The notes beneath the pieces were generated by a model. The model saw nothing but the letters and a program-made list of their open reading frames with translations, searched no databases and was not told the DNA's origin. This document shows, piece after piece, positions 1-7,937 of a stretch of DNA of 64,000 nucleotides. Source of the DNA: Candidatus Poribacteria bacterium (lineage in GTDB: Bacteria > Poribacteria > WGA-4E > WGA-3G); the NCBI GenBank assembly GCA_963665235.2, contig CAXXLX010000001.1, forward strand, positions 3,360,001 through 3,424,000, read 5' to 3'. Every line of letters starts with the position of its first letter. Position 1 is the first letter of the stretch. The position numbers were made by a program, and so were the translations under genes.

Positions 1-598
1 CAGAATCACCAGCGATAAACCGCATATCGATGAGAGCTGTCATGTCCTGATAGTTCCACTGTGCTATATCTCCCATCGGCCGGTAGATAAAACTAAATTC
101 GAACCCCGGCACAGCCGCATGAAGACTATCAAAAAAATCGTAGAACCAACGGATAAGCTCAAGCGTACCTTCATCGTAAACCTCCTCAAGGTCCACCGAG
201 GAGGTGTAGACAACATCCACATCTGAATAATAGCAGAGCTCATTTCTGCCGTAGCTCCCCACAGCATAGACTGCTATATCTGGTGCCCATGTATCTGGAA
301 GGTTTTCAAGCAGGCCACTCTCCGCTATCTCTTCTATCTTGCGCAGCTCCGACAACTGTTTGGCATGTTCATCCTGAATCTGATAGGCGGCAACATCGTA
401 AACCTTCTGGATGACAGCATCCCATATCTGTGTATGGCTATAACAAACAGCGAAACCCCCCTCTCCCGCTAAGATACGGGATTTGAGCTGTTCCCGCTCC
501 GAGCGGATAAAGGCACCTAATCCCTCTCGCAACTCTTCAAGAGAAATAGCCAAGTCCGGAATATATTGATTGAGTCGATTTTCTATTTGTGCAGTCAT
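1..598 (-). CDS. GlnD-like nucleotidyltransferase ([protein-PII] uridylyltransferase family), runs off the left edge
   Basis: Not in the ORF track. Manual translation from ATG at 598: MTAQIENRLNQY...DIAVYAVGSYGRNELCYYSDVDVVY...TALIDMRFIAGDS. Contains the GlnD/GlnE motif AVGxYGRxELxxxSDVD and the 'LxxRFIAG' motif. Confidence 0.75.
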   Translation of the reverse strand, partial: MTAQIENRLNQYIPDLAISLEELREGLGAFIRSEREQLKSRILAGEGGFAVCYSHTQIWDAVIQKVYDVAAYQIQDEHAKQLSELRKIEEIAESGLLENLPDTWAPDIAVYAVGSYGRNELCYYSDVDVVYTSSVDLEEVYDEGTLELIRWFYDFFDSLHAAVPGFEFSFIYRPMGDIAQWNYQDMTALIDMRFIAGDS

Positions 599-721
599 GA
601 GTTCCAAGATAATTTTGGCGGTGTAAACAACTTTCGTGATACCTAAAAATTCCTGCCAAATGCATTATATACCGAATCGAATTAAAAAACAAGTCTTTTT
701 TTATTTCTTGGAAATTTTTGT

Positions 722-751
722 TTGACATTAACACCAAAATTACGCTACAAT
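722..751 (+). promoter_or_regulatory. sigma70-type promoter for the 938 gene
   Basis: TTGACA (722-727), 18-nt spacer, TACAAT (746-751). Confidence 0.6.
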
Positions 752-812
752 AGAATAGAATAGAATACTGAAATCCTTGGACGCTAATTATCCCAGACTA
801 TGGAAAGGAGTA

Positions 813-926
813 CAGGACTTACGCAAATTTAGCAGAAACCTCGTAGGGGCGGGGTCCCCCCGCCCGCTATGCCTCCATCTCGATCCCACTAGCATAGGGG
901 TTTATCAACGTGCTGCGTAAGTCCTG
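813..926. mobile_element. MITE (114 bp) with 13-bp terminal inverted repeats, target-site duplication and an internal GTAG hairpin
   Basis: CAGGACTTACGCA (813-825) and TGCGTAAGTCCTG (914-926) form a perfect IR. Flanking direct repeat GAGTA (808-812, 927-931). Related copy at 6780-6895. Confidence 0.85.
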
Positions 927-937
927 GAGTACATATA

Positions 938-1537
938 ATGTCACCAATTTGGTCTACAGTGATATTGCCTATTATTACATCCCTTGCCGCAACAGGACTG
1001 GTAATTTTGGCGGTCTGGCTCTTCGATCGCAAACGGAGAGGGGATGCGCACGCTAACCAAATTTCTCATATCCTGAATGAAATTAGCGACATCAGGAATA
1101 AAATGGAGAACGTTTTGGGGCGCATATTCCTTGAGACCGCAAAGAATGAAAAATTTAGGGATGACATCAAGGAAGACCTTCAAACGCTACGGGAAGAATT
1201 TGGAACGCTACAAGTCGACTACCAAACGCTACGGGAAGAATTTGGAACGCTACGGGAAGAGTTTAAGTACGATATTCGGAAAATAGATGAGCAGGTCTCC
1301 GAAAATAGGGACATGATTGCACAACTGCAGGAACAGGTCTCCGAAAATAGGACTATGATTGCACAACTACAGGGGCAGGTCTCCGAAAATAGGGACATGA
1401 TTGCACAACTGCAGGAACAGGTCTCCGAAAATAGGGACATGATTTACAAACTCATAAATGTTACTGAAAATCTCCAAGGTATAGTCGAAAATCTCCAGAA
1501 CATAGTACGGGATAATCTTCAGAGAGAATCACAATGA
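938..1537 (+). CDS. membrane-anchored coiled-coil protein with internal 14-aa tandem repeats
   Basis: N-terminal hydrophobic helix followed by RKRR; repeats QTLREEFGTL and QVSENRDMIAQLQE; GGAG SD and upstream promoter. Confidence 0.8.
   Translation: MSPIWSTVILPIITSLAATGLVILAVWLFDRKRRGDAHANQISHILNEISDIRNKMENVLGRIFLETAKNEKFRDDIKEDLQTLREEFGTLQVDYQTLREEFGTLREEFKYDIRKIDEQVSENRDMIAQLQEQVSENRTMIAQLQGQVSENRDMIAQLQEQVSENRDMIYKLINVTENLQGIVENLQNIVRDNLQRESQ
1181..1444 (+). repeat. in-frame 42-bp tandem repeats (two blocks)
   Basis: CAAACGCTACGGGAAGAATTTGGAACGCTAC at 1181 and 1223; CAGGTCTCCGAAAATAGGAC/GGAC... units at 1292, 1334, 1376, 1418. Confidence 0.9.
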
Positions 1538-1580
1538 TACGCTTTGAACGCGCTATCTGTTAGGGCTATGTCGTTTTCCA

Positions 1581-2810
1581 CTACGTTGTCGTGCGCAGGT
1601 CAAAGACGGTTTTGACTGTGGCGGTTTTTCCTGTGTTAAGAGCAGTCTGCAGCGCGCGTTTGTAGTCTTGAAGCAGAAATGGAGTACCGACTAATGATAA
1701 CAACTGCGTTCCGTGTTCCTGTAAAAGTCGCAAGCCGAGTTGAAATGTGTGAATCTCTTCCCCTTTATAGGTTTCAAGCCCGTACGTGTAAGCCCCCTTT
1801 ACACGTAATTGTTTATACCAGATAGATGTCCAATCGATATTTTTCGGTATTCCTGGCATACCGAGTAAAATCACCTCACCGTCTGCCCGCGTAAAACGTA
1901 GCGCGTCGTCTATCGAAGTGCTGGAGCCCACACAATCGAACGTAACATCTACACCGCCCAATAAGACCTGTTGTCCGAGTTCAGGTTGATACGGTTCAGC
2001 ATCGGTCAATTCGCAAAAGGCGGCGTATCGACCACTATTTGCTGGTATCACTACGTCCGCACCGAACTCGCGTGCGAATTCCTGTTGGTGTGGATGTTTT
2101 GCCAAGATAAGAATTCGCTTTCGATAGTCGAGCATCCGTAATGCGGCCACGGTGAGCAATCCGATTGTCCCCCCCCCAATCACACAGATATCGTCTGTCT
2201 CCTGAATTTCAGCCTGCAACACACCGTGTATTGCACAGGCGAACGGTTCAAGCAGAACAGCCAATTCATCTGAAATTTCATCGGGGACCGGGTGAAGTTG
2301 TGATTGATGCGCTAAGAGATATTGACTCCATCCACCGCCTGTATCTCGGCAATAGCCTGTTTGAACGCCTTCGGAGATGCTCCCTCTTGTGATGTTTTCA
2401 CAGTGGGTGAAACGTGCGTTTTGACACTGATAACACGGCGGGTCAATTTCTCGCACACGACACGGGAGTGCCGGTTCAATGACGACTCTTTCTCCTAGAG
2501 ATACGCCTTCGATGGCATCCCCGAGCTCCGCAACTTCACCTACGATTTCGTGTCCAAACACAAAAGGGGTTGATGTGAACGGTGAAAAATAGGGGCTGCC
2601 CTTTGCAGTAATCGTTGCCAAATCGGAGCCGCAGATGCCACTGAGACGCGTCCTAATTTTGACCCATTGTGGGGTTGGCAGTTGCGGCTCCGGCACATCC
2701 ACGAGGCGCGTGCATGAGATAGGGGACGTATACAGGCTCCGCCAACTTTTACCGAGGTAACGCATTGCGAGATAACGGGGGATGCTTTTGATATATTGAA
2801 TTGCTTGCAT
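1581..2810 (-). CDS. zinc-binding alcohol dehydrogenase (MDR family)
   Basis: GICGSD, GHEIVG, Cys-rich structural Zn loop, EP motif, GGGTIG Rossmann motif. Confidence 0.9.
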   Translation of the reverse strand: MQAIQYIKSIPRYLAMRYLGKSWRSLYTSPISCTRLVDVPEPQLPTPQWVKIRTRLSGICGSDLATITAKGSPYFSPFTSTPFVFGHEIVGEVAELGDAIEGVSLGERVVIEPALPCRVREIDPPCYQCQNARFTHCENITRGSISEGVQTGYCRDTGGGWSQYLLAHQSQLHPVPDEISDELAVLLEPFACAIHGVLQAEIQETDDICVIGGGTIGLLTVAALRMLDYRKRILILAKHPHQQEFAREFGADVVIPANSGRYAAFCELTDAEPYQPELGQQVLLGGVDVTFDCVGSSTSIDDALRFTRADGEVILLGMPGIPKNIDWTSIWYKQLRVKGAYTYGLETYKGEEIHTFQLGLRLLQEHGTQLLSLVGTPFLLQDYKRALQTALNTGKTATVKTVFDLRTTT

Positions 2811-2880
2811 TGTGGTATCTCCAAAGAGCTCACGGTTTTATCAGATACGTCCTCACTGCTGCATAGCGTTAGGTGAAAGT

Positions 2881-3169
2881 CTACCAATTTTCACAATCTC
2901 GCCGCGGATCAAGTTCATTGTAAACATCCATGGCCGGATCATCCCATCCAACACTGAGTCCAACTTTAACGAGCAGAGCCCGCTGTTCTTCAATAGCGAG
3001 TGGATTTGTGTTGTAGAGGACATCTTGGACCTGATCGAATATGTTAGCAGGTAACACAACGTACTCTGAACCTAAGTTTCTGCGTATCGCCACAAGTCGG
3101 TTCAAGACGTACAGGCTGCCCATTAGCCTCCTGAACTGCTTGTTGGAGTTTTTTAGTCAGCACAATCAT
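2881..3169 (-). pseudogene. small antitoxin-like hypothetical gene, frameshifted
   Basis: AGGAGG SD then ATG at 3169 (MIVLTKKLQQAVQEANGQPVRL...) stops early; another frame continues SEYVVLP...GWDDPAMDVYNELDPRR. The antitoxin-like assignment is from recollection of the family only. Confidence 0.5.
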
Positions 3170-3218
3170 AATGCTTTCCTCCTAGAACTTGTTATTAAGA
3201 CATGAGTTCTGATGACTA

Positions 3219-4510
3219 TTATACCACTGCATCCGCCTCAGTTTGGTAATACGCCATCAAAATCTCCGCTTTACTTCTGAGTTTGATAAGGGTCTTGAGA
3301 TTTCTGGGGGTCAGGTAATATCTGCTCAACCTGCGGCAAGAATTTCCCGTAACTTCGTTCCTGAAATCTGTGAAATAATCGTCGTCACCGTGGGGGCAGT
3401 TACGTGCCATGACGATTTCATTGCACTCAAAAATCTTGTCTACCGGAAACATATTATTGGCGCATTCACTGTTGCTGATTGCACCACATTGTCCAATCCC
3501 CAATTTCGTCGATGCAAGATGCCGATTTTCAGAGCGTCTTCGGGAATTTCATCGAAGATGTCTTGTGCATCAAACGGCTCGTAATAGCTGCCAGCCCCCG
3601 CATGGTCCACGGCCGACGATGAAATGCGATGCACCACAATTCTGACGGAAAACGGCATGCAACAATGCCTCCCGCGGACCGGCGTAGAGCATATCAAATC
3701 CGTAGCCGGTAATAGAGACGGTATTTTCAGGAAAATAGTGTTTTACCATACCATCGCACGGATAGCGGCATCCCGCACGGCGGCAGGAATATCGCCCGAC
3801 TTGAGCTTGCCGAGGAGCATGTGAATTAAAACGCCATCAGCACTGACCTCTCTTTGTGCTATCTTACACAGTGCTTCGTGAGCACGGTGCATCGGGTTTC
3901 GCGTCTGGAAGGCGACAACGGTGTTCCATCCACGCGCCGCAATATCCTCCCGAATTTCGACAGCTGTGCGGAACGTGTCGGGAAAATCTTCAGGAAAGTA
4001 GGAGTAGTTCAACACGTCTATGGTGCCAGAGAGGAGGTTATCTCCGGCATTAGCGAAAGCGGGAACACCCGGATGTTCAAGGTCGGTTGTTCCAAAGGTC
4101 TTTTCAATGATAAGGTGTTTCTGTTCTGATGAGAGCACTTCAATTGCCGAAACCTTCATAACGGCGAGTGGCGGGTTGCCTTCAACGTTCGGGTCACGTA
4201 GAGCGATGCGGTCCGCGTTCTTCACTGTATCGGTCAGCTGTTCCGTCGGGATGAGATTCATCACCGGGACAGGCCAGAAGAGGCCGTTTGGGAGCTGCAT
4301 ATCGGAGGCGACACACATTGCCTCAGCGATGTTCATGTATCCCGTAAGCGGTGTGAAGTAGCCGGATGCAAGCATAACGGCTGATGCAGCGGCCCCTGAG
4401 GATATCAGGACAGATGGCAGTTGTTCCGCCTCCTGTGTCAGTTCGGCGCGGCGTGCATCATCCGAAACGTAAAGCGGTGTTAAGGTTTCGGCTCCGTGTG
4501 GTTTAATCAT
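3219..4510 (-). pseudogene. sat: sulfate adenylyltransferase, split by multiple frameshifts (pseudogene or assembly errors)
   Basis: 3743-4510 has MIKPHG, WPVPV, VVAFQTRNPMHRAHE. The expected C-terminal motifs ([41 protein letters not shown]) are spread over different frames in 3219-3750. Confidence 0.85.
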
Positions 4511-4549
4511 TAAGGAGGGCTCCTTTAAAATCTAAAAGGGAAAATCGGG

Positions 4550-6709
4550 TTATTCTTCATCGGCAGCGAGTTGTTCAACGACACATCCGTTCCAAATCCA
4601 GTGCCCGTGTTCTTTAGCCGTTGGCACCCGTTTTTTGGGTGTATAAATTACCAGGGCGAGATAACCGGTTTTCACCTCAACCGTGGCTTCCGTTTCAACC
4701 CGTTCATTGTGGGGCGGTACAATCAGTTTTTTTATGATAGACTGTCCGTTTGCAAGCATATTAACTTGGTGGGTTGCGGCTTCGCTTGACTGAAAGACGT
4801 TGGTAATGCGATATGTGCCGTTGGGCAGGTCAACTCTGAAAGCCGCATCCTCTACGCCATAGACAGCGTCTTTGCTGAGCGGGCTTGACTCCGCTGAGAT
4901 TACACCTGCTTCCCGGGGTATGAGTCGCCAGTTTGTGGTATTATTATTATCTTTCGGATTCCACTCCGTATCCCATCCAAATTTGCCATCTTGATACATT
5001 GTTTTCGGAGCGACGCCGTGGTGGTTCGCTTCGATTTCGGCACCGTCGGGTTGCATATCAAAGCGGATAATCAAATTGCCCGCCGCTGTCTTATCCCAAA
5101 TGTCAAGTGTCGGTTGCGATGGGGTCTTTCTTTTAAACAGCCTTAGATGTTTCGTTTCATGGATAATGTCATAATTGGGTTTAAGGTCTTCAAACGTTTC
5201 GGTTTCTGGATATTGCCAAGCGATAACATAATCTGCGCGAATATAACCTAATCCGACGCTATCCTTGTTATTGCGGTTCACCGGAAAATAGTTATAGTTG
5301 GCTTCATAGTTTGCCATGTGAACGACATCATCGGCATACACGCCATAGAAAGCGGTGGAATGGACAAAGGGTGTAACATATTTAATTGTATTCTGCATCT
5401 CCATCTTTTTCTCCGCTTTATTGTAATGTCCGAACTGGTGGACAGATTTATGCCAGCCGCCTGTCCGGTGGGTAAACGTTGAATGCGGCTCTATCAGCTT
5501 TGCGCCCGATACAAGTTCTGTAATTTCAGACGAGATGCGTCCGTGGTCGTAGGCCGTTCTACCGCAGTGGAGCAAGGTGAAAGCAATTAGGAACATAATA
5601 ATACCGTTGCGAATATATTTATGCATATCCACGACTAACCACGGTGCCAACATCAGGAGGATATAGATATGAATACGGTCGTTAATCCACCCGCCCGGGC
5701 CATATCCCCACGGGGCTTTGATAAACATGTAGGTGAATAGGAGTGCGATTACCAAGAACACATCGGTTCGTCTCAGCTGTGACTTCCGATAAATTCGGTA
5801 ACCGACAGAGAGCACGATAGCAATACCTAACACAACCAGCAAGAAGTAGTTGACATGAACATGCCAATCGGTAAAATAGACTATTGATTTGACACCTAAA
5901 AAGTAGTCCCAAATCCACTCCATACCTCTATGGTGTCCTGTTCGATGCTGTTTGAGGCTCTGTAGGTAGTATTCCATCAACACAAAATAGATTGGCACCA
6001 TGTAAAGTAGAAAACGGAAAAGCGGTTTGATTGTGAGTGTGAACTGTTTGAACACATCAGCGGCACGCTGCTTCCGAACACGCCAAGCTTCCACAATCGA
6101 TTCGCTGCCCCATATAAACCCAGCAGCAACGGAAATGCCTAACACGACCAATCCGTAAGAGGCGATGTGCGATAGATAGGTGAGCAGCAACAACAGATAG
6201 AGTATACTGAGATGTTTTATCTGCATGTTGTCTTTGTGTTTCCACCAGTAGCCGAAACTGAAGAAGAAAAACGAGATGCTGAGCTCGAAGTTGTAAAACC
6301 CCATGTAGAGCAGGTAGTTGTAAGCAAACGGGAAACCGAGCCACGCGAACAGAAATCTATCTTTTCTACCTGTATGGACAGCGTTAAGGAAATAGAAGAA
6401 CGCAATCGGTATCATCCCTACGGCAATTGTGAGAAAAACCTTCTCAGCCATTACAGGCGGAAACACGTATAGGAGTGCAGCCAACATAATATGGGACAAC
6501 CAATTCGGAAAGATGGTAATATTGAGTTGCCATGCATCCCGCATTTTATAGTTTTCATGCTGCCCATACTCCTTCAGCACCAATCCGTTGTAAACGTGAC
6601 TAGCACCGTCTTGAGAGGGGAAGTAAGAAAAAATCCAAATCGGCAGGAGGTGTAATATCAACAGCACAGCAAATAGATGTTTCCACGATAAATTTCTCCA
6701 ATTCAACAT
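4550..6709 (-). CDS. polytopic membrane protein, putative GT-C-like glycosyltransferase with C-terminal beta-sandwich carbohydrate-binding-like domain
   Basis: Many TM segments; loop motif PSQDGASH after TM1; YMGFYNF; C-terminal RFDMQP...FGW...FRVDLPNGTYRI. Confidence 0.55.
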   Translation of the reverse strand: MLNWRNLSWKHLFAVLLILHLLPIWIFSYFPSQDGASHVYNGLVLKEYGQHENYKMRDAWQLNITIFPNWLSHIMLAALLYVFPPVMAEKVFLTIAVGMIPIAFFYFLNAVHTGRKDRFLFAWLGFPFAYNYLLYMGFYNFELSISFFFFSFGYWWKHKDNMQIKHLSILYLLLLLTYLSHIASYGLVVLGISVAAGFIWGSESIVEAWRVRKQRAADVFKQFTLTIKPLFRFLLYMVPIYFVLMEYYLQSLKQHRTGHHRGMEWIWDYFLGVKSIVYFTDWHVHVNYFLLVVLGIAIVLSVGYRIYRKSQLRRTDVFLVIALLFTYMFIKAPWGYGPGGWINDRIHIYILLMLAPWLVVDMHKYIRNGIIMFLIAFTLLHCGRTAYDHGRISSEITELVSGAKLIEPHSTFTHRTGGWHKSVHQFGHYNKAEKKMEMQNTIKYVTPFVHSTAFYGVYADDVVHMANYEANYNYFPVNRNNKDSVGLGYIRADYVIAWQYPETETFEDLKPNYDIIHETKHLRLFKRKTPSQPTLDIWDKTAAGNLIIRFDMQPDGAEIEANHHGVAPKTMYQDGKFGWDTEWNPKDNNNTTNWRLIPREAGVISAESSPLSKDAVYGVEDAAFRVDLPNGTYRITNVFQSSEAATHQVNMLANGQSIIKKLIVPPHNERVETEATVEVKTGYLALVIYTPKKRVPTAKEHGHWIWNGCVVEQLAADEE

Positions 6710-6779
6710 ATTTTCTCTCCCAGTCCTTCCTTAAAAGTAGTAGGCACAAGCCGTTGTGCCATCAAAAAAACTTAGATGT

Positions 6780-6895
6780 CAGGATGGACGCAAATTTAGG
6801 ACTAAACCTCGTAGGGGCGAGGTCCCCTCGCCCGCTAGGTTTCCTCCTATGCTCCCATTATCTATGGACTTTATCAACGCGCTGCGTCCGTCCTG
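6780..6895. mobile_element. second MITE copy of the 813-926 family (116 bp)
   Basis: TIR CAGGATGGACGCA / TGCGTCCGTCCTG; shared internal AATTTAG..AAACCTCGTAGGGGCG..GTCCCC..CGCCCGCTA and TTTATCAACG. Confidence 0.8.
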
Positions 6896-6909
6896 GCCGT
6901 GTCCCATTC

Positions 6910-7578
6910 CTAGGTTTGTGAATTTTCCTCATAGTAAAGACAGTGCTGTGTCAACGGACACTGTCCACACAAAGGTTTTCGGGCATTACATATTTGCCTA
7001 CCGAAGTAGATAAGATTCATGTGAAACGGATATGCCTTACCCTCAGGTATAATCAGAGGCAACTCGGTGTGTGCCTTCTCCGCGCTGCAATTCGCCGGAA
7101 TCAACCCCAGCCGTTTTGAGATACGCAGGATATGTGTGTCAACAGGAAAAACCTCTCTACCGCATGCGAAAGAGAGTGTAACAGAAGCGGTTTTGATGCC
7201 GATGCCTTTATGCTGGCAGAGCAATTCTAAGGCGGCTTCTGTCTCCATGTCGTGGATGAACGCTAGCGATAACTCACCGTATTCCGCTTTGAGCCACGTG
7301 AGAAAATTCTTAATAGTGTGGCTTTTCTGTTTTCCCAAACCGACGATTCTTATCGTTGTCTCAATTGCCTCCGTGTCCGCTTGTAAGACATCTTCCCATG
7401 TTGGAAAACGTTCTTTGAGCTGAACGTAGCCTTTATCGCGGCTAACATCTGTCGTATTTTGTGACAGGATTGTTAAGATGAGGCATTCCAAGACATCTCT
7501 TGCCCCTTTGCGGGTTGGTACGCCGAGCAATTTCTCAAGTGTATCCGATACGATTTTTGCTTTCTGTTTCAGTTCCAA
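6910..7578 (-). CDS. nth: endonuclease III family (HhH-GPD) DNA glycosylase
   Basis: ILSQNTTD, GIGIKTA HhH, FPVDTHILR, 4Fe-4S motif CNARKPLCGQCPLTQHC. Confidence 0.85.
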   Translation of the reverse strand: MELKQKAKIVSDTLEKLLGVPTRKGARDVLECLILTILSQNTTDVSRDKGYVQLKERFPTWEDVLQADTEAIETTIRIVGLGKQKSHTIKNFLTWLKAEYGELSLAFIHDMETEAALELLCQHKGIGIKTASVTLSFACGREVFPVDTHILRISKRLGLIPANCSAEKAHTELPLIIPEGKAYPFHMNLIYFGRQICNARKPLCGQCPLTQHCLYYEENSQT

Positions 7579-7675
7579 TTTATTCTCCCGTGCCTCTCGT
7601 TTTCTATTACATTATACCATAAAAAGAAAAATAGCAACGTTTTTTGTGACCGAAGCAGCAGGTGTCATCCCCTCT

Positions 7676-7885
7676 CTTCTGTAGGAGCGTGCTGTGCACG
7701 CGACCCTTCTGTAGGAGCGTGCTGTGCACGCGACCCTTCTGTAGGAGCGTGCTGTGCACGCGACCCTTCTGTAGGAGCGTGCTGTGCACGCGACCCTTCT
7801 GTAGGAGCGTGCTGTGCACGCGACCCTTCTGTAGGAGCGTGCTGTGCACGCGACCCTTCTGTAGGAGCGTGCTGTGCACGCGACC
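7676..7885 (+). repeat. seven perfect head-to-tail copies of a 30-bp GTAG-REP-like unit
   Basis: CTTCTGTAGGAGCGTGCTGTGCACGCGACC x7 with no spacers; hairpin GCGTGC-TGT-GCACGC. Confidence 0.95.
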
Positions 7886-7937
7886 TCAATGCAAAAATGT
7901 CGAAAACGAAATAGCCCTATTTTTTTGTGACCGAAGT

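Noticed and set aside
7676-7885. CRISPR array (30-bp palindromic repeat)
   Set aside because: Units are contiguous with no unique spacers, and there are no cas genes.
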